Source: Eubacteriales bacterium (GTDB taxonomy: Bacteria > Bacillota > Clostridia > Oscillospirales > CAG-272). From it: DNA of 64,000 nucleotides. Of this stretch, positions 1-9,677 are shown one piece after another. The notes beneath the pieces were generated by a model. That model saw only the letters and a program-made list of their open reading frames with translations. It searched no databases and was not told the DNA's origin. Position numbers and translations under genes: made by a program. The stretch lies in contig JAZQBL010000037.1 of NCBI GenBank assembly GCA_045545665.1, positions 6,389 through 70,388 of the forward strand. The letters are read 5' to 3'. Numbering within the stretch: the first letter of the stretch is position 1; the number at the start of each line of letters is the position of its first letter.

Positions 1-131
1 GATTTGTTCTTATCCATGCGCTCGGTGGCTTGTATTCGGTTGTACGAGAGTTCGGCTCACTACAGAAAGCGAAAAATACCTTTTTCACATCTACAAAATC
101 GCTTGTAAAAATTTCGACCGTAGAAACGGCG

Positions 132-156
132 AAACCCCCGATAAAATCGGGGGTTT
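132..156. terminator. GC-rich stem-loop downstream of tRNA-Leu, possible terminator
   Basis: Stem CCCCCGA / TCGGGGG with a 5-nt loop, flanked by A-rich and T-rich runs. It lies directly 3' of the minus-strand tRNA. Confidence 0.45.
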
Positions 157-187
157 CTTGGGCAATATCTTTTTCATTGCCCTTTGA

Positions 188-274
188 TGGTGCCGGTGGC
201 GGGGGTCGAACCCGCACGGTATCGCTACCACTGGATTTTGAGTCCAGCACGTCTGCCAATTCCATCACACCGGC
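188..274 (-). tRNA. tRNA-Leu (anticodon CAA)
   Basis: The minus-strand read runs GCCGGTG...CACCGGCACCA. It has a 7-bp acceptor stem, anticodon arm CTGGA-CTCAAAA-TCCAG, a long variable arm, T-arm GGTTCGA and an encoded CCA. Confidence 0.9.
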
Positions 275-418
275 GCACCTTGATTATCATATCACACAAT
301 TTAATATTTTGCAAGATGTTTTTCGAATTTTTTTATCTTTTTACAATTTTTTTATAATTTTATCTCCCTGCATAGGAAATGATGCAGGGAGAACGTCTGT
401 ATTTTCAAATCAGTTTCT

Positions 419-1594
419 TTATCCTATCAAAAGGCAGAACACCGTCATAAGTGCAAGAAATGCAAAATTGAACAGCGAAAACGTTATCAAATATTTTTTC
501 TTGCCCGCAGGATCAAATTTTGCATATTCTCTGTACGTTATAAGAGAAGCAAGAGAAGCGATAAGCGTTCCGGCACCGCCTATATTGACACCGACAAGAA
601 GCTGCTGCCAATTATCCGTAAACTTTGACAAGAGAATAGCCGACGGAACGTTTGAAATGACCTGGCACGAAAGCGCCGAGCAGACAAGTGCATTCTTCTC
701 AAGCAAAGGAGATATCACGTTTTGAAGCGACGTAAGACGTGACATATTGCCCGAAAAGATGAAAAACATCACAAACGTAAGCAAAAGCGAATAATCGACA
801 CGTTTAAGCGCCGTACGGTTCATAAACATCAGCACAACAAAGATCACCGCAAGGCCTATAAGATAGTGAATAATTCTGAACACTATTACGATCGACAGCA
901 AAAACAGCAACAGGTATACGGCACACTGCTTTTTGGGAAGAGGAGCTGACGTTTCATCCGACACCGTCAATTTCTCGTTTTTCACAAACACAAGACAGCA
1001 AAGTGTGATAAGTGCTATTGCGAACAAAAACGGCGGAAGCATAACAGCTGTAAACTGTCCTGTCGGAATATTAAAATATGAATAAAGGTAAAGGTTCTGG
1101 GGATTTCCGAACGGCGTAAGCATACCGCCGAGGTTTGCGGCAATATTCTGCATTATGAATGTAAACGCCATATATTTCGTTTTTCCCGTTTTTGTCAAGA
1201 CCTCGTATCCGAGCGGAAGAAACGTGATGAGCGCCATATCGTTTGCAATAAGCATAGAACCTATAAAGGTTATATAAACCAGACAAAGCACGGCACTCTT
1301 TGCACTTTTTGCCACCGTCACGAGCTTTCGTGATGCGTACGTGAAAAATCCTATGCTGCGAAGTGCCATGACCACGGCAAGAACCGCAAACAGACAAGTT
1401 AAAGTTTTAAAATCAAAATAGGTGAGGTATTCTTTATCCGGCTTTACAAGCAAGCAGGAAAACGCCGCCGCGCAAGCGGCTATTATCAAAACCGCCCTCT
1501 CTTTGACGAATGATGAAAGATTTTTTAAAGTTATGCTGTGAGCTTTGAAGGAAGGAATATGTAAAGCCCGTTTATAATGTTGATGTGTATTCAA
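419..1594 (-). CDS. Polytopic membrane permease, ArsB/NhaD (CitMHS-like) anion permease superfamily
   Basis: 391-aa ORF that is hydrophobic throughout, with a GNPQN-type motif (TPFGNPQNLYLYS) typical of this superfamily. The family call is from memory only. Confidence 0.6.
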   Translation of the reverse strand: MNTHQHYKRALHIPSFKAHSITLKNLSSFVKERAVLIIAACAAAFSCLLVKPDKEYLTYFDFKTLTCLFAVLAVVMALRSIGFFTYASRKLVTVAKSAKSAVLCLVYITFIGSMLIANDMALITFLPLGYEVLTKTGKTKYMAFTFIMQNIAANLGGMLTPFGNPQNLYLYSYFNIPTGQFTAVMLPPFLFAIALITLCCLVFVKNEKLTVSDETSAPLPKKQCAVYLLLFLLSIVIVFRIIHYLIGLAVIFVVLMFMNRTALKRVDYSLLLTFVMFFIFSGNMSRLTSLQNVISPLLEKNALVCSALSCQVISNVPSAILLSKFTDNWQQLLVGVNIGGAGTLIASLASLITYREYAKFDPAGKKKYLITFSLFNFAFLALMTVFCLLIG

Positions 1595-1716
1595 AATATT
1601 ACCCCTGATCTACGTAGCATTCCGCACTATTATATTCCTTTTTCCAAAAAAATCAAGTGCTTTTTCAAAAAAATATTATTTTTTCGCACACTTTACACCT
1701 ATATTTTACAGATGAC

Positions 1717-1745
1717 TTGACAGCTGTAAAATATTGTGATACAAT
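1717..1745 (+). promoter_or_regulatory. Sigma-A type promoter of the nad operon with overlapping imperfect palindrome (candidate NiaR operator)
   Basis: TTGACA (1717-1722), 17-nt spacer, TACAAT (1740-1745) preceded by TG. The palindrome TTGACAGCTGTAAA and the inverted repeat TTTTACAG / CTGTAAAA overlap the -35. Confidence 0.5.
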
Positions 1746-1784
1746 TACCTCAATTAAATTATTATTTTGAAACGGAAAGATGAT

Positions 1785-2696
1785 ATGTCAAACGGTATTA
1801 AAGACGAAATAATAAAACTGAAAAAAGAAAAAGACGCTGTCATTTTAGCGCATTATTACACCCCTGATGAAATACAGGCGATCGCAGACTACGTAGGGGA
1901 TTCTTTCTATCTTGCAAAGATTGCCGAGAAAATAAGCGAAAAGCTTGTTGTTTTCTGCGGTGTCGGCTTTATGGCGGAAAGTGTAAAGATAATAAATCCC
2001 GACAAGACGGTACTCGTACCCGATACGACTGCCGACTGTCCTATGGCGCACATGGCATCTGTTGAAAAGATCGAAGAAATGAGAAGAAAATACGACGACC
2101 TTGCCGTCGTCTGTTACATCAACTCAACAACAGAGCTTAAATGCCACAGCGACATTTGCGTAACTTCGTCAAACGCGGTGAAGATCGTCCGCGGTCTGAA
2201 ACAGAAGAACGTTTTCTTCATACCCGACAAAAACCTCGGCGCTTTCGTTGCAAAGCAGGTTCCCGAGAAAAACATAATACTCAACGACGGTTACTGTCCG
2301 ATACATGCAGCTTTGAAAAAAGAATCGCTTTTGAATGAAATGAAAGCGCACCCGAAAGCGCTTGTGCTTTCGCATCCCGAATGTGAAGAAGAAATTCTTT
2401 CCCTTTCGGATTACATAGGCAGTACGTCTGACATTCTTTCGTATGCTGAAAAAAGCGAAAACAGCGAGTTTATAATATGCACGGAGGACGGTGTTTCCTA
2501 TCCCTTGTGCGTAACGAACCCCGACAAGAAATTCTACTTCCCCAAAGATGATTTTAAATGCCCCGATATGAAACTCAACACACTTGAAAAGCTTTTACAC
2601 GTGTTGAAAACGGGAGAAAACGAAATAAAAACAGACAGCAAAAAGCGTGATGCCGCACTTCTTCCGCTTACAAGAATGCTTCAAAGTGCAAAATAA
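1785..2696 (+). CDS. nadA: Quinolinate synthase NadA
   Basis: N-terminus AVILAHYYTPDEIQAIADYVGDSFYLAK and overall length fit NadA, and it is the first gene of nadABC-niaR. The ATG at 1785 is preferred over the TTG at 1767. Confidence 0.9.
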   Translation: MSNGIKDEIIKLKKEKDAVILAHYYTPDEIQAIADYVGDSFYLAKIAEKISEKLVVFCGVGFMAESVKIINPDKTVLVPDTTADCPMAHMASVEKIEEMRRKYDDLAVVCYINSTTELKCHSDICVTSSNAVKIVRGLKQKNVFFIPDKNLGAFVAKQVPEKNIILNDGYCPIHAALKKESLLNEMKAHPKALVLSHPECEEEILSLSDYIGSTSDILSYAEKSENSEFIICTEDGVSYPLCVTNPDKKFYFPKDDFKCPDMKLNTLEKLLHVLKTGENEIKTDSKKRDAALLPLTRMLQSAK

Positions 2697-2710
2697 GAAG
2701 GGATACGACA

Positions 2711-3988
2711 ATGAAAACCGATATTGTTATAGCAGGCTGCGGTGTAAGCGGACTGTATTGCGCACTAAATCTTCCGAAGGACAAACAAATACTTATAATC
2801 ACGAAAGACGAAGCTGAAAAAAGCGACTCTTTTCTCGCCCAGGGCGGTATATGCGTACTGAAAAGCGACGATGACTACGACTCGTTTTTTGAAGACACGA
2901 TGCGTGCAGGTCATTACGAAAACCGCAAAGAATCCGTCGATATAATGATCCGTTCCTCTCGTGAGGTCATAAACGACCTCGTCGGCTACGGTGTGGATTT
3001 CGAAAAGGAAAACGGTGAATTCGTCTACACCAAGGAAGGCGCACACACACACAACAGAATACTTTTCCACGAGGACGAAACGGGCAAAGAGATAACGTCG
3101 AATCTTCTTAAGGCGGTAAGAAAGCTCGACAACGTGACGATAAAAGAATTTTGCACGATGGTCGATATAATTGAAAACAACGGAGAATGCATCGGTCTTA
3201 TCTACCGTGACGAAAACGGACAATACACTCCCGTTTATGCAGACTATACGATGCTTGCCACAGGCGGTATCGGCGGACTTTACGCCCATTCCACAAACTT
3301 TCCGCACCTTACGGGAGATGCCCTTGCGATATCCATCAAGCACGGTGTAAGATTGAAAAATATCGACTACATACAGATACACCCGACGACCTTATACACA
3401 GAAACAAGACGCGGACGCGATTTTCTCATATCCGAGTCGGTAAGAGGCGAAGGAGCGATCCTTTTGAACAAATACGGTGAAAGATTCGTAAACGAGCTTT
3501 TGCCCCGGGACGTCGTTGCAAACGCCATATTCGAAGAAATGAAAAAGACGGGCGAAAAGCACGTATGGCTTTCACTTGCGCCGATTGCCGAAGAGGAGAT
3601 AAAAACTCATTTCCCGAACATTTACGCAAAATGCCTTGAAGAAGGCTACGACGTGACGAAAGAGCCGATACCTGTCGTTCCGGCACAGCATTACTTCATG
3701 GGCGGTATCGACGTTGACAAATACAGCAAAACGTCGATGGACAGACTTTACGCATCGGGTGAGACCGCCTGCAACGGCGTTCACGGCAAAAACCGCCTTG
3801 CAAGTAATTCCCTTTTGGAAAGCCTTGTTTTTGCAAAGCGTGCGGCAAACGACATAATGAAAACTTATTCAAAAATAACGGTGCCGGAAGGTATAACACA
3901 CGACTTTTCGGTATATGAAAACTGTGATGAAAAATACAAAGAAATTGTGCTTCAGGCAATAGAAACGGAGAAAAACAGTCATGAATGA
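2711..3988 (+). CDS. nadB: L-aspartate oxidase NadB
   Basis: Has an FAD fold (IVIAGCGVSGLYCA), HPT motif (IQIHPTT) and GKNRLASNSLLE C-terminal motif. It sits between nadA and nadC. Confidence 0.9.
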   Translation: MKTDIVIAGCGVSGLYCALNLPKDKQILIITKDEAEKSDSFLAQGGICVLKSDDDYDSFFEDTMRAGHYENRKESVDIMIRSSREVINDLVGYGVDFEKENGEFVYTKEGAHTHNRILFHEDETGKEITSNLLKAVRKLDNVTIKEFCTMVDIIENNGECIGLIYRDENGQYTPVYADYTMLATGGIGGLYAHSTNFPHLTGDALAISIKHGVRLKNIDYIQIHPTTLYTETRRGRDFLISESVRGEGAILLNKYGERFVNELLPRDVVANAIFEEMKKTGEKHVWLSLAPIAEEEIKTHFPNIYAKCLEEGYDVTKEPIPVVPAQHYFMGGIDVDKYSKTSMDRLYASGETACNGVHGKNRLASNSLLESLVFAKRAANDIMKTYSKITVPEGITHDFSVYENCDEKYKEIVLQAIETEKNSHE

Positions 3989-4832
3989 AATAACAATGAT
4001 GCTTAACGCCGACGACCTTATTTTAAGCGCACTCAAAGAAGATATAACAAGCGAGGATATTTCGACAAACTCTGTTATGCGTGAATATCAAAAGGGCGAA
4101 GTCGAACTCATATGCAAGCAGGACGGTATTCTTGCAGGCCTCGGAGTATTCAAGCGTGTTTTCGAATTGCTAGATCCCAAAACCGAATTTGAATTTTATT
4201 TCAAAGACGGTGATTCCATAAAGAACAAAGACAAGATAGGTGTTGTAAGAGGCGATATACGTGTTTTGCTTTCGGGCGAAAGAACGGCTTTGAACTATCT
4301 TCAGCGTATGTGCGGAGTTGCAACGTACACAAAGCAGGTCGCAGCGTTGCTTGAAGGAACGAAAACGAAACTTCTCGACACAAGAAAAACCACTCCCAAT
4401 ATGCGTGTATTTGAAAAATACGCAGTAAAAGTCGGCGGAGGAAACAACCACAGATATAATTTAAGCGACGGTATACTCTTGAAGGATAACCACATAGGTG
4501 CCGCAGGAAGCGTTACGAAGGCTGTGCAAATGGCTAAAGAGTACGCACCGTTCGTAAGAAAAATAGAGGTTGAGGTCGAAAACCTCGATATGTTCCGTGA
4601 AGCACTTGAAGCGGGTGCAGATATAATAATGCTTGATAATATGTCACCCGAAGATATGAAAACGGCGGTATCCCTTGCAAAAGGAAAAGCCGAAACGGAA
4701 TGCAGCGGAAACGTAACAAAAGAAAACATCAAACGTCTTACAGACATCGGCGTTGACTATATTTCGAGCGGCGCTTTGACGCACTCATCCCCCATACTTG
4801 ACCTGTCACTTAAAAATCTTCATGCGATATAA
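3981..4832 (+). CDS. nadC: Nicotinate-nucleotide pyrophosphorylase (quinolinate phosphoribosyltransferase) NadC
   Basis: Carries the TRKTTPN and LKDNH motifs. It overlaps the nadB stop by 8 nt. Confidence 0.9.
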   Translation: MNEITMMLNADDLILSALKEDITSEDISTNSVMREYQKGEVELICKQDGILAGLGVFKRVFELLDPKTEFEFYFKDGDSIKNKDKIGVVRGDIRVLLSGERTALNYLQRMCGVATYTKQVAALLEGTKTKLLDTRKTTPNMRVFEKYAVKVGGGNNHRYNLSDGILLKDNHIGAAGSVTKAVQMAKEYAPFVRKIEVEVENLDMFREALEAGADIIMLDNMSPEDMKTAVSLAKGKAETECSGNVTKENIKRLTDIGVDYISSGALTHSSPILDLSLKNLHAI

Positions 4833-4843
4833 GGAGGGACTTG

Positions 4844-5359
4844 ATGAAAGCGGAAGAAAGAAGAAAAGCGATCATTTCCCTGCTTACCTCAGAAAACTCA
4901 CCCGTTTCGGGCAGTGTGCTTGCCGAAAAATTCAATATATCGCGTCAGATGATAGTACACGATATTGCCCTGCTTAAAGCGCAGGGGTACGACATACTGT
5001 CAACGAACAGCGGATACGTCATAAAAGAAACACCGAAATACGAGCGTGCATTCAAAGTCCGCCATATGAGCGACAGAACGGAAGAAGAGCTTTCTCTCAT
5101 AGTTGACCTCGGCGGTACCGTTGACAACGTATACGTCTGGCACAAAGTATACGGTAAAATAGAAGCACAGCTTAATATATTCTCAAGGCGCGGAATACGT
5201 CAGTTTATCGAAGGAATAGAAAGCGGTAATTCCAAAGAGCTTATGAATATAACCGACGGTTATCACTACCACACAGTAAAAGCTGATTCGATCGAAACGC
5301 TTGACAAAATACAGGCAGAGCTTAACAAAAGAGGATTTACGGTTCCCGAAAAAGAATAA
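4844..5359 (+). CDS. niaR: NAD-biosynthesis transcriptional repressor NiaR (HTH + 3H domain)
   Basis: About 170 aa, with an N-terminal HTH (SGSVLAEKFNISRQMIVHDIALLK). Its position after nadABC fits, and the RBS AAGGAGGG lies 5 nt before the ATG. Confidence 0.75.
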   Translation: MKAEERRKAIISLLTSENSPVSGSVLAEKFNISRQMIVHDIALLKAQGYDILSTNSGYVIKETPKYERAFKVRHMSDRTEEELSLIVDLGGTVDNVYVWHKVYGKIEAQLNIFSRRGIRQFIEGIESGNSKELMNITDGYHYHTVKADSIETLDKIQAELNKRGFTVPEKE

Positions 5360-5373
5360 AATCGAAAAAACTA

Positions 5374-5402
5374 TTGACAAAATGTTTTTTGTATGATATT
5401 AT
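5374..5402 (+). promoter_or_regulatory. Sigma-A type promoter of rplS
   Basis: TTGACA (5374-5379), 17-nt spacer, TATTAT (5397-5402). Confidence 0.6.
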
Positions 5403-5408
5403 TTATAT

Positions 5409-5503
5409 GTTTATGGGTTGTCCTTACCCGTAGACCGTCAGGGCAGTCCGCCGGCTTTATGCCGTGAATGCGCGGAGATCATTTATTTTGGAGGTCCATA
5501 AAA
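5409..5503 (+). promoter_or_regulatory. Structured 5' leader of rplS, possibly an L19 ribosomal-protein leader
   Basis: A GC-rich leader of about 95 nt lies between the promoter and the rplS ATG (GGGTTGTCCTTACCCGTAGACCGTCAGGGCAGTCCGCC...). Firmicutes carry an autoregulatory L19 leader at this position. The consensus was not checked. Confidence 0.4.
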
Positions 5504-5848
5504 ATGGATTTGTTGAAGGCATTTGTTGCAGATCAGCTTAAGGCTGACGCTCCCAAGGTTGAGATCGGTGACACAGTACGTGTACACAACAAGATCGTTG
5601 AAGGTTCAAGAACAAGAACTCAGATCTTCGAAGGTACAGTTATCGCAAAGCGTAACAGCGGTATCTCCGAAACGTTTACTGTAAGAAGAATTGCTTACGG
5701 TGTAGGCGTTGAAAAGACGTTCAACCTCCACTCTCCCACAGTTGAAAAAGTTGAGACGATAAGAGTTGGTAAAGTAAGACGTGCTAAACTCTATTATCTC
5801 CGTGACAGAGTTGGTAAGGCAGCAAAAACTAAGGAACAGGTTAGATAA
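5504..5848 (+). CDS. rplS: 50S ribosomal protein L19
   Basis: Sequence [33 protein letters not shown]...TFTVRRI is unmistakably L19. The RBS GGAGG lies upstream of the ATG at 5504. Confidence 0.95.
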   Translation: MDLLKAFVADQLKADAPKVEIGDTVRVHNKIVEGSRTRTQIFEGTVIAKRNSGISETFTVRRIAYGVGVEKTFNLHSPTVEKVETIRVGKVRRAKLYYLRDRVGKAAKTKEQVR

Positions 5849-5854
5849 CCAAAA

Positions 5855-5887
5855 AACGCTGAAGCGTATGCTTCAGCGTTTTTGTTT
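5855..5887 (+). terminator. Rho-independent terminator of rplS
   Basis: Hairpin AACGCTGAAGC-GTAT-GCTTCAGCGTT followed by a T-run. Confidence 0.8.
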
Positions 5888-5890
5888 AAT

Positions 5891-5935
5891 AAAAAACTCG
5901 GTTCAGCTTTTAAACGCTGAACCCGAGTTTTTTTA
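5891..5935. terminator. Bidirectional terminator (serves the minus-strand GH127-like gene)
   Basis: Hairpin CTCGGTTCAGC / GCTGAACCCGAG flanked by an A-run and a T-run. Confidence 0.75.
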
Positions 5936-5939
5936 TTTT

Positions 5940-8717
5940 TTAGGAAGGAATTATGTCAAACGCATCAAGTTCCGCAGCACCTTTATCGTCTGCAGTTTTT
6001 TCTATACGTATCGTATGTGTTCCTTCTGTCAAGTTGAGTTTGAAATCGGCGTATATATTATTGCTGAACTGTCCCCAACCAAGCGACTTACCGTTTTCGT
6101 TGTATTTGACAGTACCGACCTTAGCACCGTCTATATATATTGTGTGCGTAGCAAGTCCCAAAGGAGCCGCATAATAGAAACGAAGCGTGTATTCGCCGTC
6201 CTTCACAACAACAAGGTCTGTATACGTCAGGGACGATCCGATGGAATCAATACTTGCAACGTGCGTTGTATTATTTTTGCAAGAGCCTGTAAGCCTTGCT
6301 TTTTCTGCTTCATAACGTGCACGGCCATCACTTATTACCGTGATAGACATTTCAGCCTTGAAATCTTCGGGAACGGTAACATCACCGTCTGCAACAAATT
6401 CGATTATGTTGTGTCTGTCAGTACCCAAGAGATCTGCATCAAACGATACTGTATTTGCGCCCTTTGTAAGTGTAAGCTTCATCGCTTCCGTGCGGTTAAT
6501 ATAAACCGTAACGGGCAGATCAACAGAAGAATCGTATTTCAGATCAATTGTGTATTTAAACGACGGAACGCCTGTCAACGCCGTATCCACTTCTTGAGGA
6601 ACAATAACCGATCCAAACGTTATCTTATCCGAAGAAACGGACGAAGGAACGATGGGCTGTGCTACACCTGTCCACGGTATAAGCGTAATTCTGAGTCGTG
6701 TATGCGCATAAGGAACAAGGCGTACCGTAACGGTATCTTTACCAAGGCGATCCTCTGCAACGGGAGATACGGGCGTATCGCCTGCTATATTATACTTTTC
6801 GTTAAGCGTCCAGTCAACGACTGTCTTTGCTTTAGCTTCAAGCACCATAGGAACGTCTGCGAGCTGATAACGCATATCGTCCGATATCTCGTTGCGTGTA
6901 AGTGTAAAATTAGAAGCTACGTCGTCGAAATTGAAGTTTTCAAGTGCGTAGTTCCAATCCGTCGTAGGTGTTATATTGTAGGAAGGATATTTACGTGACT
7001 GATTCCAACCGTTAGGATCATACGAAACTTTTTTCCATTCCTCACCTATTTCAAGAGCGAAGAGGACTGCGCCGCGGCGGATGCTTACGCTGTTATTATC
7101 TGTAAGCGTTGCCGTGATCTCAGCCGGGAACGTAAGCGTTATAACGTCACCGCTTTCCCAAGCTGCCGTAAGCTTTGCGTATTCACCGGATACGAATTCA
7201 GCTTCAACTGCATGTCCGTTTACAAGAACTGTTGCGTTTTTGCACCATTCAGGAATACGTACGTATATAGGATACGTGTCCGTTTTATCGGATGTAAGAG
7301 TAAGTGTTACCGTATCCTCGTAAGGATAATTCGTTGTCTGTGCTATTGTAAGCGACGTGCCGTTTCCGACTGTTGCGCTGACCGTATTGGGACCGTACGC
7401 ACCTACAGCAAGACCGTTGTCCGACGTACCCATCCACATAGATGCTATGAACATAGGCCAACCCATCTGATAGTTATGTACGCAGCACGGGAATCCTCCG
7501 GGCAGACCGTATACCGAACGGTCGCCGCCGTCACTTGTAAAGCCGTGAATGCCGAGGTTCGCCATTACCTGGTTCTGCATCGTGAAATAGACCTGTCCTT
7601 TTCCGTCGGGGAGAAGCTGCTGAGGCAGAGCGTTATAAGTTATAAGCTCAAGGTGGTCTGCGATAGTCGCATCGCGCAAAAGATACAGTGCTATCTCATC
7701 ACACAGCATTCTTTCAACTACAGCGCACGTTTCACTGCCGAACACAGCGTCGATACCTCTGGAGTTTTCGTCACCGTTGGACATACCGTCCTGACGTCCG
7801 GACGCCATATATATATTCTCAATACCCTTATAGTAAAGATCGAGATACTTTTCATCACCTGTTACGGCGTACATAACGGGGAAAAGCTTGAAGCTCTGCT
7901 GAGCGTTTACTATATGATACGTTTCAAGCCATGCTTCTTTATCATATGCTTCTTCCCAGTCCCACGTCTGGCTGTAAAGGATCTTGCAAAGACGGATGAG
8001 CTCTTCGTTGCCTGTATGCTCATAAAGCCAGAGTACTGCGAAAATATTATCCCCGCCTCTTACTCTTGCCCACGAAGAAAGAGCTTGCTTTCTTAACGCC
8101 TGTGCCTGCCACTCGAAATATTTTTCAAGGAAAGGGATAACTCTTTCATCGCCTGTAGCATCGTAATAATACTCAAGCGCTATAAGCATAGGCATAAGCG
8201 GCCAGTAGTCGAGCTTCGCCGTATTATCCGCAAACGGACCGAATGCACCGCTTTCCGCCTGGCTTTCAAGAGTCCAGTCGATCCACTTCTGTGCCTGTGC
8301 TTTCATTTCAGCGTCGTCGAGAACGTACGCTGTCGTTATAAGGCCTCTTACGTAATATGTACCTCTTTCCCAGCTTTCACCGGAACCGCCGAGCCAACCC
8401 GAACGGTCGTCACCTTCCGATTTACAATCGGGGGAAAGATTTTCAAACTGTTTTGTTACTTCTTCTGCCTGCAATAAAAGCTGATTTTTAAGCCAACTTT
8501 CAGCCTTTACCTTTCCTAAAGCAAGCTGTGAAAATTCCACGTTATCGGTTGCGTTTTGCACAACAGCTTCAATCTCACGCTGTGTGCCTTGAACGACGTC
8601 ACTCGGTGCAGATGAATCTGCCGAAGAGGAATCTGTATCACCGTTACCGCACGCACTTGCCGTCAGAAGCGATAGCGAAACGATAAAACATAAAAAACGG
8701 GAAACAAACTTGGACAT
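5940..8717 (-). CDS. Secreted lipoprotein, GH127/DUF1680-like beta-L-arabinofuranosidase with C-terminal carbohydrate-binding module
   Basis: 925 aa with a lipobox (LLTASAC). The six-hairpin-like core carries a GGFPCCVHN Cys-Cys motif like the Zn/catalytic Cys pair of GH127. The C-terminus is CBM6/35-like (EAEKARLTG...AELDAFDI). Confidence 0.7.
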   Translation of the reverse strand: MSKFVSRFLCFIVSLSLLTASACGNGDTDSSSADSSAPSDVVQGTQREIEAVVQNATDNVEFSQLALGKVKAESWLKNQLLLQAEEVTKQFENLSPDCKSEGDDRSGWLGGSGESWERGTYYVRGLITTAYVLDDAEMKAQAQKWIDWTLESQAESGAFGPFADNTAKLDYWPLMPMLIALEYYYDATGDERVIPFLEKYFEWQAQALRKQALSSWARVRGGDNIFAVLWLYEHTGNEELIRLCKILYSQTWDWEEAYDKEAWLETYHIVNAQQSFKLFPVMYAVTGDEKYLDLYYKGIENIYMASGRQDGMSNGDENSRGIDAVFGSETCAVVERMLCDEIALYLLRDATIADHLELITYNALPQQLLPDGKGQVYFTMQNQVMANLGIHGFTSDGGDRSVYGLPGGFPCCVHNYQMGWPMFIASMWMGTSDNGLAVGAYGPNTVSATVGNGTSLTIAQTTNYPYEDTVTLTLTSDKTDTYPIYVRIPEWCKNATVLVNGHAVEAEFVSGEYAKLTAAWESGDVITLTFPAEITATLTDNNSVSIRRGAVLFALEIGEEWKKVSYDPNGWNQSRKYPSYNITPTTDWNYALENFNFDDVASNFTLTRNEISDDMRYQLADVPMVLEAKAKTVVDWTLNEKYNIAGDTPVSPVAEDRLGKDTVTVRLVPYAHTRLRITLIPWTGVAQPIVPSSVSSDKITFGSVIVPQEVDTALTGVPSFKYTIDLKYDSSVDLPVTVYINRTEAMKLTLTKGANTVSFDADLLGTDRHNIIEFVADGDVTVPEDFKAEMSITVISDGRARYEAEKARLTGSCKNNTTHVASIDSIGSSLTYTDLVVVKDGEYTLRFYYAAPLGLATHTIYIDGAKVGTVKYNENGKSLGWGQFSNNIYADFKLNLTEGTHTIRIEKTADDKGAAELDAFDIIPS

Positions 8718-8852
8718 GATATACCTCCACTTATCTTTATATTTTCATTTTACCACGGATATAATAAAATTTAAAGAGTTTTTTTCATAAAATACATTGC
8801 AAAAATAACACAAATATGATATACTTGTACCGAAAACACAAGGAGTGATCAG

Positions 8853-9623
8853 ATGTCTTTCGGAATATCAATGCAAAAAGTGCCCGAATATCACTTTTCC
8901 GCATTCAGAAAATTTACACCCGGTGAGCGGCACATCACCAGAACGGAGTCAGACGACGTTCTTATAGTTATGATAAACGGTACGCTTAAGTTCACCGAAA
9001 ACGGAACGTCCGTCAAGCTGTGCCGCGGGGATTATTATATCCAACAAAACGGTCTGCTTCAGGACGGTCCCGAAGAAAGCGAGTGTCCGGAATATTTTTT
9101 CTTGCACTTTCACGGCAGTGAATGGACCGATACGGGTACCGTTTTGCCTCACCGGGGAAAGTGCGATCCCGATTCCGTACTGCCGCTTTTGAACAAGCTT
9201 TGCGACACGGTTATCCTCGATGTTCCTCTTCTTGTGAAGCAGGGACTGTTTTGCAATATACTCACACATCTTTACCAGAACCGCGACCTGAGCGAACGAA
9301 AAGCGCTCATTGATACTATGTCGCAGCTTTTAATAAAAGATCTGTGCGATCCGCCGACACTGTCAGAGCTTTCCGAAATACTTCATTTCAGCGAAAATTA
9401 TCTCATACGAATCTTTAAAGAAGCAATGGGTGTAACTCCTCACGCATACGTAAACGCCGCCCGTTTACGCAAAGCAAAGCTGTTGCTTTCATCGGGAAGT
9501 ATGACTGCCGAACGAGTTGCATACGAGTGCGGTTTTTCCGATTACGCACACTTCTACCGCATTTTCCGAAAAGAAACGGGCGCATCCCCAAAAGAATACA
9601 GACAAAGCGAATATACAAACTGA
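8853..9623 (+). CDS. AraC-family transcriptional regulator
   Basis: C-terminal double HTH (LSEILHFSENYLIRIFKEAMGVTPHAYVNAARL...GFSDYAHFYRIFRKETGASPKEYR). It is divergent from the glycosidase gene. Confidence 0.9.
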   Translation: MSFGISMQKVPEYHFSAFRKFTPGERHITRTESDDVLIVMINGTLKFTENGTSVKLCRGDYYIQQNGLLQDGPEESECPEYFFLHFHGSEWTDTGTVLPHRGKCDPDSVLPLLNKLCDTVILDVPLLVKQGLFCNILTHLYQNRDLSERKALIDTMSQLLIKDLCDPPTLSELSEILHFSENYLIRIFKEAMGVTPHAYVNAARLRKAKLLLSSGSMTAERVAYECGFSDYAHFYRIFRKETGASPKEYRQSEYTN

Positions 9624-9677
9624 TATAAAAAGGCAGGGAAAAGATAATTCACTGTCTTTTCATTTGAATTTTCTTTT

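Noticed and set aside
30-725. 231-aa plus-strand ORF at the window start
   Set aside because: It runs straight through the tRNA-Leu(CAA) gene and its terminator, then antisense into the permease gene. It has no RBS and an implausible composition.
5781-6998. 405-aa plus-strand ORF antisense to the GH127-like gene; similar long antisense ORFs lie at 7212-8096, 15926-16738, 32899-33678 and 58332-59180
   Set aside because: They are Cys/Arg/Ile/Phe-rich with no RBS or recognisable motifs. Each lies opposite a gene with clear family signatures. They are typical shadow ORFs produced by codon bias.
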